Virus record (IMG/VR): IMGVR_UViG_3300042923_000607 | Location: 32,001-96,000 of that record | Length of the DNA: 64,000 bases | DNA from: a virus | Direction: 5' to 3' (one strand) | Shown here: piece after piece, positions 50,627 through 60,629 of the stretch | How positions within the stretch are numbered: the stretch's first letter is position 1 | Layout of the letters: the number at the start of each line of letters is the position of its first letter | The notes under the pieces: model-generated | What the model was told of the DNA's origin: nothing | Seen by the model: only the letters and a program-made list of their open reading frames with translations | Database searches by the model: none | Program-made: the position numbers and the translations under genes

Positions 50627-51079
50627 ATGGAATGGTTGTATGATAACGCGGGGCTTGTTATTGTTATAGGTCTAGGACTAATTAATATAGTAGGATGGAT
50701 ATTTAGTAATTTTAATAAGGTTTATAAAATTAAAAAGAATAACGAAGAGTTTCATGAAACTGTTGATGAACATTCTAAAATAATAGAATCAATGTCATCA
50801 AAGATAGATAATGTTTCATCCGTCCTAACAGATTTTGTTTCGGAAAATAAAAAGAATAATCAAGTTATTTTTAGAGATAAAATTTATGATACATATAAAC
50901 TTACTCTTCAAAAGGGATACATTCTTGAAAAGGATTCGAAAAATTATCATTATGCTCTCGAAAGGTATAAAGCTAATGATGGGAACAGTTATATTTGTGA
51001 CGAAATAGAACCCAGAATGAAAACATTTCAAGTATTTAATACAGACGAAGAAGCTGAAGAGTACTTTAAAAACAAGTAG
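50627..51079 (+). CDS. lysis-module membrane protein (N-terminal TM plus coiled coil)
   Basis: TM then RDKI...Y.....GNSY motif, first gene of the lysis cluster. Confidence 0.65.
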   Translation: MEWLYDNAGLVIVIGLGLINIVGWIFSNFNKVYKIKKNNEEFHETVDEHSKIIESMSSKIDNVSSVLTDFVSENKKNNQVIFRDKIYDTYKLTLQKGYILEKDSKNYHYALERYKANDGNSYICDEIEPRMKTFQVFNTDEEAEEYFKNK

Positions 51080-51087
51080 GTAATGTT

Positions 51088-51345
51088 ATGAAAAAGAAAA
51101 AAGAGAAATCATATGCTAAGTCATTATTGCCATGGATTATTATGGCTGTATTGGTTTATACCGTAGCTTCATTTGTACTACAATTTGTAACATCAGTTGA
51201 GATATCTCCTACTCTCACAACTGCCTATTTCGCATTTTGGACTGTAGAAATAATATCGCTGGCAGGTATAAAGACAATTAAGGTAAAAGGTAAAAAAGAA
51301 GAAATTAGAGAAGTTGAAGATGATTCTTCTGAAACAGATAATTAA
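51088..51345 (+). CDS. two-TM holin-like protein
   Basis: two hydrophobic helices; TLTTAYFAFWTVEI..LAGIK. Confidence 0.65.
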   Translation: MKKKKEKSYAKSLLPWIIMAVLVYTVASFVLQFVTSVEISPTLTTAYFAFWTVEIISLAGIKTIKVKGKKEEIREVEDDSSETDN

Positions 51346-51393
51346 CTATTGATGAGCCATAATTCAGGCTCTTTTTTTATAGGAGGATTCACT

Positions 51394-51783
51394 ATGAATG
51401 AATTTTTACAAAACTTATTATATGCAGTCATAACTACTTCTCTTCCACTTATTGTTGGATATGGAGTTAGCTATCTCAAGGCGGTACGTGCAGAAAAATT
51501 ACAGCAAATTGATAATAAATATGCAGAAAAAACGATTACACAAGTAACAGACATTATTATGGATGCTGTAGATACGGTGTCTCAGACTTATGTTGATAGT
51601 CTTAAAAAAGAGGGGACATTTAATCAAGATAAGCAAAAAGAAGCACTTAATATGGCAATAGAAAAGGCTAAGGAGCTTATTAATATTGAATCTGAAAATC
51701 TTATAGTTGAAAAATACAATGACCTTGATACATTTATTCGAAATACTATTGAAGCATATATTCGAAGCACAAAACCCATGTAA
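51394..51783 (+). CDS. LL-H-like holin
   Basis: N-terminal TM, AV..V.QTYVD.LKK.G.F...IEA. Confidence 0.75.
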   Translation: MNEFLQNLLYAVITTSLPLIVGYGVSYLKAVRAEKLQQIDNKYAEKTITQVTDIIMDAVDTVSQTYVDSLKKEGTFNQDKQKEALNMAIEKAKELINIESENLIVEKYNDLDTFIRNTIEAYIRSTKPM

Positions 51784-51813
51784 CTTTTTTGAAAGTTTGA
51801 AAGGATTAAAAAT

Positions 51814-52572
51814 ATGAGTAAGAAATTATCAGGTAAAGAATTAAGTGTTTTTGCATTGTCTAAACTTGGAGTGCCTTATGTTTACGGTGCTAAAGGATTA
51901 TATGGTACATTTACTAAGAGTCAATTAGATGGACTAGCTAGAAGTTATCCTAACATGTTTACTTCATCTTACATAGCAAAAGCCAATAAGTTTATAGGAA
52001 AAGTGTGTACAGATTGTTCTGGCCTTATATCCTGGTTTACTGGTAAAAATATTGGTTCAGCTCAGATGTATTCTACCGCAACAAAAAGAGGACTAATTAA
52101 AGATGTGACTAAAGCTCCCATCGGTGCAGTATTGTGGAAGACTGGACATGTTGGCGTAAAAGTTGATGGAACATATTGTGTCGAAGCAAAGGGGATAAAC
52201 TTCGGAACAATTAAATCAAAAATAAGTGACACCAAATGGACTCATTGGCTATTGTTTGAAGATATCTTGACTTATGAAGAAGTGAAAACCCCCGTTGTAA
52301 CAACTGCAAAACCTAAAAATCCATACAAAGAACCTTTAGTTTCTATAAGAAAGAATATGACTGGTGAATCAGTTAAGTGGCTTCAGTGGGAGCTTGTAGA
52401 GGCTGGATATACAAAGGTAAAGGTAGGACTAGCCACTAAAACACTTACTATTGATGGAGAGTTTGGATCTATTACAGATACTTCTCTCAGGTTATTCCAA
52501 CAGTCGTCTAAGCTTATAATAGATGGCATCTGTGGTAAAAAAACAATTGCTGCTTTGTTAGCAAATAAATAA
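51814..52572 (+). CDS. endolysin, NlpC/P60 catalytic domain plus peptidoglycan-binding domain
   Basis: LG.PYVYG, DCSGLI, GHVGV; VKWLQ..L...IDG.FG..T...FQ..L..DG.CG. Confidence 0.9.
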   Translation: MSKKLSGKELSVFALSKLGVPYVYGAKGLYGTFTKSQLDGLARSYPNMFTSSYIAKANKFIGKVCTDCSGLISWFTGKNIGSAQMYSTATKRGLIKDVTKAPIGAVLWKTGHVGVKVDGTYCVEAKGINFGTIKSKISDTKWTHWLLFEDILTYEEVKTPVVTTAKPKNPYKEPLVSIRKNMTGESVKWLQWELVEAGYTKVKVGLATKTLTIDGEFGSITDTSLRLFQQSSKLIIDGICGKKTIAALLANK

Positions 52573-52687
52573 ACATAAAAGAGAGATTTTATAGGGATAG
52601 ACTTAGTTGTCTATCCCATTTTTTTACTTTTATTAGTTTCCCATAGATGTTGATGGATTCTTTAAATTTATAGCCCCAAGTAAGTGG

Positions 52688-53626
52688 CTATTTTAAATTA
52701 GTTAATTGACACTCACTGGCAAGTTTATCATCTCTAAATCCCTTAAATACGGCTTGTCTGTACGATGATTTATCTGTAGGCATATATTCTATAATGCATA
52801 CATTTTCAGGTTCTATCCAAATTGCTTTTTCATTCCCCTTAATTTGATATCCGAACGGGGAGCATTCTATTTGCTTAAACCCTTGCTGGTACAACTTTTT
52901 AAGAGTAACTCCAAGTGTTACGTGTCCTTTATACTTCAATTTATCCCCATCATACTGCCCTAAAATTAGGCTTGTCATATTTTTTTCTTTAAAAATATAC
53001 CCACAAACAATACAGTCATCAGTAAACATTCTTTTACACTTAATCCAGTCCTTGCTTCTCTTCCCTTGCCAATAACTACTTGTCTTTCTTTTAGCAACAA
53101 TACCTTCTAACTTCTTCTCTTCTACTTGTTTATATAATTCTACTCCATAGGTTTCAATAAATCGAGATACAATAAGTCTTTCATTTTCAATTATTGCCTC
53201 TTCTAATAACTTTTTTCTTTCAATTAAAGGAGTATATAGCACATCGTGATCCTTGTAATAGAGTATGTCATAAGTGATTAGACTTACAGGCAATTGCTTC
53301 ATGGCTATGTTAATTTTCATTTGATTAGTCATTACGGATCGTCTCTGTACTTCATAAAAATCAGGATAACTACCCTTTAGAACGACCAGTTCACAGTCTA
53401 ATATACATTTGCATTTCACTTGCTTATTTAATTCGGCTAATTCAGGAAGTGTTGGTAGCATCATCTTATTTTTCTTGTTTCTTATATCTACTGAATTTTC
53501 ATCAATATAAGTAATTACCCTGATGCCGTCCCATTTAATTTCATACAGGAAATCTTCAGAATCAAATGCTTCTTTCATCTCGTATATCAACATGGGTTTA
53601 ATATTCTTATTCTCAAACAAATCCAT
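52688..53626 (-). CDS. ATP-dependent DNA ligase (LigD-type ligase domain)
   Basis: EIKWDGIR, LDCELV, EGIVAKR..S.Y..GKRS.DW.K.K. Confidence 0.92.
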   Translation of the reverse strand: MDLFENKNIKPMLIYEMKEAFDSEDFLYEIKWDGIRVITYIDENSVDIRNKKNKMMLPTLPELAELNKQVKCKCILDCELVVLKGSYPDFYEVQRRSVMTNQMKINIAMKQLPVSLITYDILYYKDHDVLYTPLIERKKLLEEAIIENERLIVSRFIETYGVELYKQVEEKKLEGIVAKRKTSSYWQGKRSKDWIKCKRMFTDDCIVCGYIFKEKNMTSLILGQYDGDKLKYKGHVTLGVTLKKLYQQGFKQIECSPFGYQIKGNEKAIWIEPENVCIIEYMPTDKSSYRQAVFKGFRDDKLASECQLTNLK

Positions 53627-53703
53627 ATGTTACCTCAATCAAATATTTATCATTAATGTGTGTTATTAAGACTTATAATATACGGGTAATCAAATAAAAC
53701 TGG

Positions 53704-54960
53704 TTAGTGAACATTACTGTCCCTTTTTAACTCTTCTTCATTTATTTTATTCATTTTGTTTAGTACATCTTTAGCATTAATTCCCATCTTTTTTATATAT
53801 CCAATATAAGTGTCCATAGTAAGTGAAACGCTAGCATGTCCCATTAGAACTGATATTGTTTTAATATCTACCCCATTCAATAGAAGCATTAATCCATACG
53901 CTTTTCTAATTGAATGTATTCCACATTTATTAACTTTACAGTTAGCTCTAACTTGCATTGCATTTAAGGTTCTTGTTATGTTTCTCTCAGACTTTGGTTT
54001 ACCATCTGTACCTAATAAAACTTTATCCGTAGGATTATGATTTGGATTAGATTTTTCTAACTCTTTAAGTGCTATAAGTGCTCTTTCAGGAAGGGGGATT
54101 GTACGGTAACTATTTTTTGTTTTTGGAGTTTTAATTTCTTTAATAACATGAGCTACTCCATTCTCATTTTTTTCTACGGATGCAGCTGCTCTTCTTATAA
54201 TAATTTCTTGTTTTTCATATGATATATCTTGCCACTCTAATGCTAAAAGCTCACCTATTCTAATTCCAGTATAAGCAACTAATACTATAGCATAAGCATT
54301 ATCACCATAAACTCGTGTGCCCTCTTTTCCAGTAAAACAGAATCCTGCAACATTTAATCGTCCAGCCTCTTTAAATAATAGGTCAACGTCTTCAGGTTCT
54401 GGAATCACATATTCTTTCTTTTTATTTGATACGTTTGATTCGCTTGGCATTTTTACAATAGTCATAGGATTTCTTAATATATCTCTTTTAGTTAATGCAT
54501 AATCAAAGCAAAGATTGTATAAAAAGTATGCTTTACTAACAGTACTTCTAGCATATTTAGATGCCAGTATATTTATGTGCTTTTGAATTACATCGGAATC
54601 TAATGCTGCCATTTGCATATTTATTGGATCATAACCCTTAATTTGATTTTCATATGTTTTCTTGTTAGTTAAATAACTAGATTTTTCTACCTCATTTATC
54701 CTGACGTTATAGAGCCAGTCTTCAATATAAGTTTGAAGTGTTTGCTTTTTTATTTCTTTGCTTGTTAAATAGTGGTTACTAGATTCAAAGTTCTTAATTT
54801 TTTCTTTAACTTCTCGCTGAGTTAAACCATAGAAATCTTTATATCTACCATTATACTTTTTTCGAAAATGGAAATACTCGATATCTTTGATTGTTTTCTT
54901 TCCCCAAGATCCTTCGCCTTTTGGCCGTCTCTTTTTACTAGCAGAACTATCCATAAACAT
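53704..54960 (-). CDS. int: tyrosine integrase
   Basis: RRPKGEGS arm domain, TGIRIGELLAL, PKT, HSIRK, MGHAS..T..TY. Confidence 0.92.
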   Translation of the reverse strand: MFMDSSASKKRRPKGEGSWGKKTIKDIEYFHFRKKYNGRYKDFYGLTQREVKEKIKNFESSNHYLTSKEIKKQTLQTYIEDWLYNVRINEVEKSSYLTNKKTYENQIKGYDPINMQMAALDSDVIQKHINILASKYARSTVSKAYFLYNLCFDYALTKRDILRNPMTIVKMPSESNVSNKKKEYVIPEPEDVDLLFKEAGRLNVAGFCFTGKEGTRVYGDNAYAIVLVAYTGIRIGELLALEWQDISYEKQEIIIRRAAASVEKNENGVAHVIKEIKTPKTKNSYRTIPLPERALIALKELEKSNPNHNPTDKVLLGTDGKPKSERNITRTLNAMQVRANCKVNKCGIHSIRKAYGLMLLLNGVDIKTISVLMGHASVSLTMDTYIGYIKKMGINAKDVLNKMNKINEEELKRDSNVH

Positions 54961-55050
54961 CTCCTTTAATATAATAAAATTGTTTACATTATTAAAGTAA
55001 TTTGATATAATGTAAATATTGTATCATGATTAAAGGGCTAATGCAACAGC

Positions 55051-55444
55051 GTTACCACTTATTTATTGATCTAATGAATATTTTACCCTTTAAGTTACCC
55101 ATTATAGAATTGGAAACCATGGTAAAAGGGATGCAAATAAGGTATTTAATGTGATATATAGTAAACTAAATAAATTATTCGAGCCAAATAAGACATAAAA
55201 AATCCAGTAAAATCAAGTATCTAAGGCTCTTATAATATACAATGCATCTATAGCTCAGTGGATAGAGCAGAAGCTTCCGAAGCTTTTACTCTAATTAACT
55301 AGGATTAGTTGTTTTCAATATATTTAAGCGTTCTTAATGTAAAATTACCACTTGTTTACCACTTATAGAACAAATATAAAAAAATACCACTTACTATTAA
55401 GCCTTAAGTGGTATTTTTTTTAATTCTTTTATGTCGTTACCCTT
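55051..55444. mobile_element. attP region with integrase arm-type repeats
   Basis: TTACC(A/C)CTT-like repeats at 55052, 55083, 55095, 55345, 55356, 55385 and 55437 flank a tRNA fragment between int and xis. Confidence 0.7.
55244..55286 (+). pseudogene. 5' half of tRNA-Arg(CCG), att core
   Basis: GCATCTA-TA-GCTC-AGTGGATA-GAGC-A-GAAGC-TTCCGAA-GCTTT; no T arm or 3' acceptor strand follows. Confidence 0.85.
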
Positions 55445-55462
55445 TGTCTTTGTTAATTCTAT

Positions 55463-55690
55463 TTAAAGTATTATTTCTTTTCCCATGTTTGCCTCCAACC
55501 ATTTAAGATATTTTTGCTCAGGGATTCTATAGCGATTTCCTATTTTTATCTTTGGGAAAGAACCAACCGCAAGTATTTTTGTCATTGTGTTTTTGCTCAA
55601 CCCTAAATGTTTCTGAACCTCTTGAACGGTCAGCATTTTTTCATAATCTTCTATGTTTTTATTATTCATAATTCTTCTCCTCTCAAGCAT
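55463..55690 (-). CDS. xis: excisionase-like HTH protein
   Basis: MLTVQEVQKHLGLS...FPKIKIGNRYRIP...WL. Confidence 0.8.
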   Translation of the reverse strand: MLERRRIMNNKNIEDYEKMLTVQEVQKHLGLSKNTMTKILAVGSFPKIKIGNRYRIPEQKYLKWLEANMGKEIIL

Positions 55691-56257
55691 CTATTTATTC
55701 TGGTTCAAATGTTGTTCTACTTCATACCAATTGAAACATCTTGTACCAATCCAATCCTCGTTCCAAGTATAAATGTCTCCAAAGCAAATATTTTCTTTTG
55801 CATTGCTGGTGTATAAATTTTTAGAAACATCATCAATTAATATTCCATCTGATAAATCTAAACATCTTTTGTCTATGTTAGTATCTATGTCTACCCCTAT
55901 TAGCTTAATAAACGGTAGATTCAATTTTAACCACATATTCTTAAGAAACAGATTTACATTTGTCCCCATGGATACGCAATAGATATCATAATTAGCCTTA
56001 AGTTTGTTTATTATTTCTAAAGCATTATCCATGTATTTCAAGTTGCTAAAAAATCTTTCATCAGAAAAATATTTATCAATTACATTATTATTTGCCAAGG
56101 GCAATTCGGAAAATCCCCATGTGGATATTTCAGTCCAGTGAACTGGTTTGTAGCTATCTGATTTTGCATAGTCAATATTATAAAGCTCAACCACTTTTTC
56201 TATCGTATTTACAATTGTACAGTCAAAATCCAAATAAAGTTTATTTATTTTAATCAT
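55691..56257 (-). CDS. 5'(3')-deoxyribonucleotidase (HAD)
   Basis: LDFDCTIV, LIDD, WN..W...RC.NW motifs. Confidence 0.85.
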   Translation of the reverse strand: MIKINKLYLDFDCTIVNTIEKVVELYNIDYAKSDSYKPVHWTEISTWGFSELPLANNNVIDKYFSDERFFSNLKYMDNALEIINKLKANYDIYCVSMGTNVNLFLKNMWLKLNLPFIKLIGVDIDTNIDKRCLDLSDGILIDDVSKNLYTSNAKENICFGDIYTWNEDWIGTRCFNWYEVEQHLNQNK

Positions 56258-56793
56258 CTCCCTTTATATTTTTCTATAATTTCAATAGCTGCTTCATTTG
56301 CTGTTTTATTTTCATTGTCAATTACAAATTTGTAGAGATGGCCTACAAATGAAAAATCTAACATATCCGCTTTAAATCTTCTTTCAGCTTCTGTATTATT
56401 ATCTCCACGATGCAATTGTCTCTTTTTTATTTCATCGTCTGAGACATTTAACAAAAAACTTGTGTGAGTTACATTTTTGTTTATAAGTTTATTTACACCA
56501 CTAGGAGTTAGAATGATTACATCATTATCAGTAGAATTCTCGACGCTATCAAGACTTGATCCGTAATACCAAATACCATCAGCTGTTGTATAGTATTTAA
56601 TTTCAATAAAGAATCCTTCGGTGTATTTTTTAAGAAAATCTTTGACGTTGAGAAAATGATAATCAACACCGTCTATCTCACCTTTTCGTTTAGGGCGGGT
56701 TGTAAATGTTGTTATGCGAGAAAACCCCATCTCACACAACTCTTTTACTATTTGATCTTTACCAGTTGCACTTTTACCTGAGATAACTAACAC
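56254..56793 (-). CDS. gmk: guanylate kinase
   Basis: GKSATGKD, TTRPKRKGEIDGVDYHF, YYG. Confidence 0.9.
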   Translation of the reverse strand: MLVISGKSATGKDQIVKELCEMGFSRITTFTTRPKRKGEIDGVDYHFLNVKDFLKKYTEGFFIEIKYYTTADGIWYYGSSLDSVENSTDNDVIILTPSGVNKLINKNVTHTSFLLNVSDDEIKKRQLHRGDNNTEAERRFKADMLDFSFVGHLYKFVIDNENKTANEAAIEIIEKYKGR

Positions 56794-57404
56794 TATTTAT
56801 CACCTCTCTCTTCGTGAAACATCTTATTATAGGCGTCATATCGATTTTGCAGGTTTGATATGTATAGATTATTTTTGTCGCAATATTTAAGGAATTTGCT
56901 CCAATAACCACAGGGTGAAAACTCGCAGCACCCTCCTCTATAAATACAATTTGGGACTAATACGTTTGACTCTAGTGGATGAGTATTATGTAATTCTGAT
57001 TTAAAGTCTTCCGCTAATTCTCTAGCTTCTTTTGTTGCTTGATAACATAGTCTTTTTCTCCAAGCGTCTATTAGATTTTGCATGTTTGCATATCCGTCAA
57101 AATTAACTAATGCCTCTTGTGTCTTTTTGTCCCTGGGGGTATCATCTTTTAGTCTATCGTCTCTCTGTGAGCTAATGAATTTTTCAAAGCGATGTCTTGA
57201 CCACTCAGTCGACAACCAATACTTAATACCTTTCCAACTCCAATCAAACTCTAATAATCTAATAGGAGAATGTTCTGATATAAGCAACTTCTTCTTGAAT
57301 GTATCAGTCGCTTCATTGTCTGTAAATTCTTTATTATCTGTTGTTCTGCAATGATTCTTTACTCTTGTCCAGTCGTCTATAACTTTGTTAAATTTAGTTT
57401 TCAA
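56793..57404 (-). CDS. thyX: FAD-dependent thymidylate synthase (ThyX-like)
   Basis: EHSP, EWSRHR...SQR, KRLC..A..E.R. Confidence 0.8.
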   Translation of the reverse strand: MKTKFNKVIDDWTRVKNHCRTTDNKEFTDNEATDTFKKKLLISEHSPIRLLEFDWSWKGIKYWLSTEWSRHRFEKFISSQRDDRLKDDTPRDKKTQEALVNFDGYANMQNLIDAWRKRLCYQATKEARELAEDFKSELHNTHPLESNVLVPNCIYRGGCCEFSPCGYWSKFLKYCDKNNLYISNLQNRYDAYNKMFHEERGDK

Positions 57405-57461
57405 TAAAATCTCCTTATATTGTTCTATATGTTATATTTAAAACACTAGCAAAGAATACTT

Positions 57462-58337
57462 TTATGTTGTTTTTACCCTGTTTACAGCTATATTAAACGT
57501 GTCTTTATCCTTTTCAATTCCTATGAATTTTCTATGTAAATTCTTGCAAGCTAGTCCAGTTGTATTGCTACCTATACAGGAATCAAAAACTATATCTCCA
57601 TCATTTGTATATGTCTTAATTATTTCTTCTAGTAATGCCAATGGTTTTTGAGTTGGAGTTAATGCGCACTTTTGAGTGTCCTTAGAAAACTTCCAAACGG
57701 ATTTAGGAAATCTTTCTGTGCTGTCATATGTATGATTGTTAATTTCTCCATAGTTACTTGACTGCTTACTATTCTTCTTATGCTCAGCAGTACTAACTTT
57801 TCTTAAATGTCCATTTGTCTTTTGAGGATTATACGTTGGTTGATTCTTATAAAATACACACATATCTTCATGATTTCTCATTGGCATTCTATTAGCGTTC
57901 TGAAACCCAGTTGGTTGTGTTTTTTCCCAAATTAAATTATATCGCCACATTTCTTTATTACTTCGCATCAAGTCTGCAGTAAACATTCCATTAGCAAATA
58001 ATACAATTGCTCCATCATCTTTAATTATCCTATTGTATTCAGTCCAAATTCCAGACCTTTTATTAAAATGGAAATAATCTAATGCTTCTTTATAACTCAA
58101 TTTACCATTCATATAACAGTAAAGAAGAAAATCATCTAGGTACATTGTTTTATATTTCTTTCCAATATTTACATCTATGTAGTCATTAAACGGAATTATT
58201 ATATCCCATTTGTTTCTTGCGGTCTGTCCATATGGAAGATCAGTACAAATTAAATCCACAGACTTATCTTTTATATGTTTCATTAATTCTAAACAATCAC
58301 CTTTATACAAGGTTATATCTTTTAATATTTCCATCAA
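57462..58337 (-). CDS. N4/N6 DNA methyltransferase (beta class)
   Basis: DLPYG, PTQKP, DSCIGSNTTG, GIE. Confidence 0.88.
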   Translation of the reverse strand: MMEILKDITLYKGDCLELMKHIKDKSVDLICTDLPYGQTARNKWDIIIPFNDYIDVNIGKKYKTMYLDDFLLYCYMNGKLSYKEALDYFHFNKRSGIWTEYNRIIKDDGAIVLFANGMFTADLMRSNKEMWRYNLIWEKTQPTGFQNANRMPMRNHEDMCVFYKNQPTYNPQKTNGHLRKVSTAEHKKNSKQSSNYGEINNHTYDSTERFPKSVWKFSKDTQKCALTPTQKPLALLEEIIKTYTNDGDIVFDSCIGSNTTGLACKNLHRKFIGIEKDKDTFNIAVNRVKTT

Positions 58338-58417
58338 TACTCAGAGTAAAATGCATTTTATCGGTCGACCAAACCTCTTACTCCTTTCCTTTTTATTATC
58401 AAATACTCCTTTGTTTG

Positions 58418-59086
58418 TTAATCCATACCTTCGTACAAACTTGCTTCTGTTAATCCTTCAGTGTTTTTTTGTTGTTGAATGGCTTGTATTATTTTCAATT
58501 TAGTTTCCTTACAAGGTAAGTAACCATACTTAATATATCTAATCATTCTCTCAAATGTTGAAACGGGGAATGGAATTTTATCATCTGTTACTAGTCTTTT
58601 TAAATGTAGATGCTCAAAGAAATTTGAATCACATAGGATTTTATATTCTATATGAGATTTATTTTCTTTAGCCTCTGTGCCAACAATTTCTATGTCTTCT
58701 TTGTCTAAAACTTCTTCTTTAAAGTAAGCAAACTTTGCTATTGTAAAATCAAAATTTTCAAGGATTTGTTTAGGTGTTCCATATATTGTATTTATAAGCT
58801 CCAATGCAATCCCTGTTTTAATGTTTTTATATGCTTTAACTTTTTTGTTCTCATAATAAAAGCAATATGTACCACCTTTATTATCTTCGCCGCAAAGATT
58901 ATCATAGTACTTTACGGCCTCTTCAAAGTCTTTTTGTGATTCAAAGAAAATGTCTAAATCTTTTACTTTTTCATTGCTGAATATATTTTTAAAACATCCA
59001 CCAGCAATGAACCCCTTATGTCCTGTCATGTATTCATCTAACCAATTTAATATGTAAAAGTTATCTCGCTCTTTTTTTACTAACAT
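58418..59086 (-). CDS. nucleotidyltransferase-like protein
   Basis: AGGCF...KDLDIF, FDFTI, ER..RY..YG. Confidence 0.75.
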   Translation of the reverse strand: MLVKKERDNFYILNWLDEYMTGHKGFIAGGCFKNIFSNEKVKDLDIFFESQKDFEEAVKYYDNLCGEDNKGGTYCFYYENKKVKAYKNIKTGIALELINTIYGTPKQILENFDFTIAKFAYFKEEVLDKEDIEIVGTEAKENKSHIEYKILCDSNFFEHLHLKRLVTDDKIPFPVSTFERMIRYIKYGYLPCKETKLKIIQAIQQQKNTEGLTEASLYEGMD

Positions 59087-59120
59087 TTGTCTCCTTTCTC
59101 TGCCAAATATCCGTTTTATG

Positions 59121-60203
59121 CTATTTAATGCTTTTATTTAAATTCATAAATAATCTATCTAATCCCTTTTCAAAAGCTCCAATTCCTGAAAATAAAGACA
59201 GCATTTTCACTTCATTCATAACCTCTGGCAAAACCTTATGTAGTTCTTTAAATATGTAATATGGAATAGTAGTAACAATTGAATTACCGGCTTGTTTAGA
59301 TATCTGTATGTCTGTTACTCCAGCCTTTTTAGCTTTATAATAATCTTTATCATCAAATCCCATTAGTCTCATACGCTCTTTTGCAGTCATAAATCTAATT
59401 CTATCTTTTGATTCAATTACAACTAATCCTTGTTGAGAGGCAGTTAGGGTAGGGCAAATGCAACCCTTACCTTGAACCCTTCCTCTTCTTGTCTTACTCA
59501 TAGGATATGATAGATCTGCAATCCCTCCTAGATCACAATTAATGTATCCCTTTTTAGTAGCTTGTGAAATTGGTATGGTGTCATCAATTTCTTCTTTTAA
59601 ATATCTCCCAATCTTTAATAAATTATTGTTTAATATAACATCAGCTGATATATAGTAAGATTCGTCAGCGTTATCTTCAAGAAAATCTTGTGCTATACAA
59701 TACAGCTCCTGTTTGACGGGAAACTTAAATTCACCATTATCTATATCTTTCCGAATGCTTACGATAAATACTCTTTCTCTCGATTGAGGTATATCATAAT
59801 CTTTTGAACATAATATTTTATAGTAGGTGTTATATCCGGCAGCTTCTAAGTCGTTTAAAATAGTGTTAAATTCATTTATAAACTTCTTGGAAAGCAAGTT
59901 TCCCACATTTTCTATTATTGATATACAAGGTTTATTTGCTTTTAATATTCTCATTCCATCATAATATAGTCCGCTTCTTGTATTGTTCCCCATTAAATCT
60001 TTAAAGCCAATCATATTGCCAGCCTTAGAAATGTCTGTACATGGGAATCCCCAAGTCATCAGATTAAAATTATCAATTTCCTTTTCATTAACCTTTTTTA
60101 TGTCTCCCAAATTAAGACTTGTATTTGTGTTATGTATTGCACAATATGATTTGATTGCATGCTTATCTAGTTCGCAAAAGTTAACTAATTTATATTTTTT
60201 CAA
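59121..60203 (-). CDS. dcm: C5-cytosine DNA methyltransferase, circularly permuted (motif I at C-terminus)
   Basis: GFPCTDIS, ENV, QSRERVF, RLMGF, QAGNS, then LSLFSGIGAFE. Confidence 0.9.
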   Translation of the reverse strand: MKKYKLVNFCELDKHAIKSYCAIHNTNTSLNLGDIKKVNEKEIDNFNLMTWGFPCTDISKAGNMIGFKDLMGNNTRSGLYYDGMRILKANKPCISIIENVGNLLSKKFINEFNTILNDLEAAGYNTYYKILCSKDYDIPQSRERVFIVSIRKDIDNGEFKFPVKQELYCIAQDFLEDNADESYYISADVILNNNLLKIGRYLKEEIDDTIPISQATKKGYINCDLGGIADLSYPMSKTRRGRVQGKGCICPTLTASQQGLVVIESKDRIRFMTAKERMRLMGFDDKDYYKAKKAGVTDIQISKQAGNSIVTTIPYYIFKELHKVLPEVMNEVKMLSLFSGIGAFEKGLDRLFMNLNKSIK

Positions 60204-60319
60204 TCCTGCTTTCTATTGGTTGCGCAACCATTTACCTAGGATTATTTCCCTTTCTTTTATGTATTGTTTAATATCTCTATTATCAATCTAAATAAAACGT
60301 TAGTTTGGTGTATATTTTA

Positions 60320-60366
60320 TGACTATATATTGTGTTTATTAATGTTTACAACACTATATATTGTAA
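60320..60366. promoter_or_regulatory. tandem NrdR-box-like sites
   Basis: TGACTATATATTGTGT (60320) and ACACTATATATTGTAA (60351), 31 bp apart. Confidence 0.6.
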
Positions 60367-60629
60367 TACTTATTTTCTTTTTCTTCCCTCCGGCTTTCCT
60401 CTCCTGACACGATGCAGCAACTCAATATAACCATAGTTAAAATACCCGACACAAATCCAATTGTTAAATTAATCATTTTCTTCATCCTTTTCATTAAAAT
60501 CCTCATGTAGTTGTTTGTTATATCTTCTTCTTAATCTTTCTTCTTCTGCTATGTAATAATCTAAAATATCGTAGTTATCCGGGATTATGTCTTTCAAATA
60601 TGTACCTCTCCTTTATGTGTTTATGTTTG

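Noticed and set aside
55244-55320. Complete tRNA-Arg gene
   Set aside because: Sequence after the anticodon stem has no T arm or 3' acceptor strand; treated as att core.
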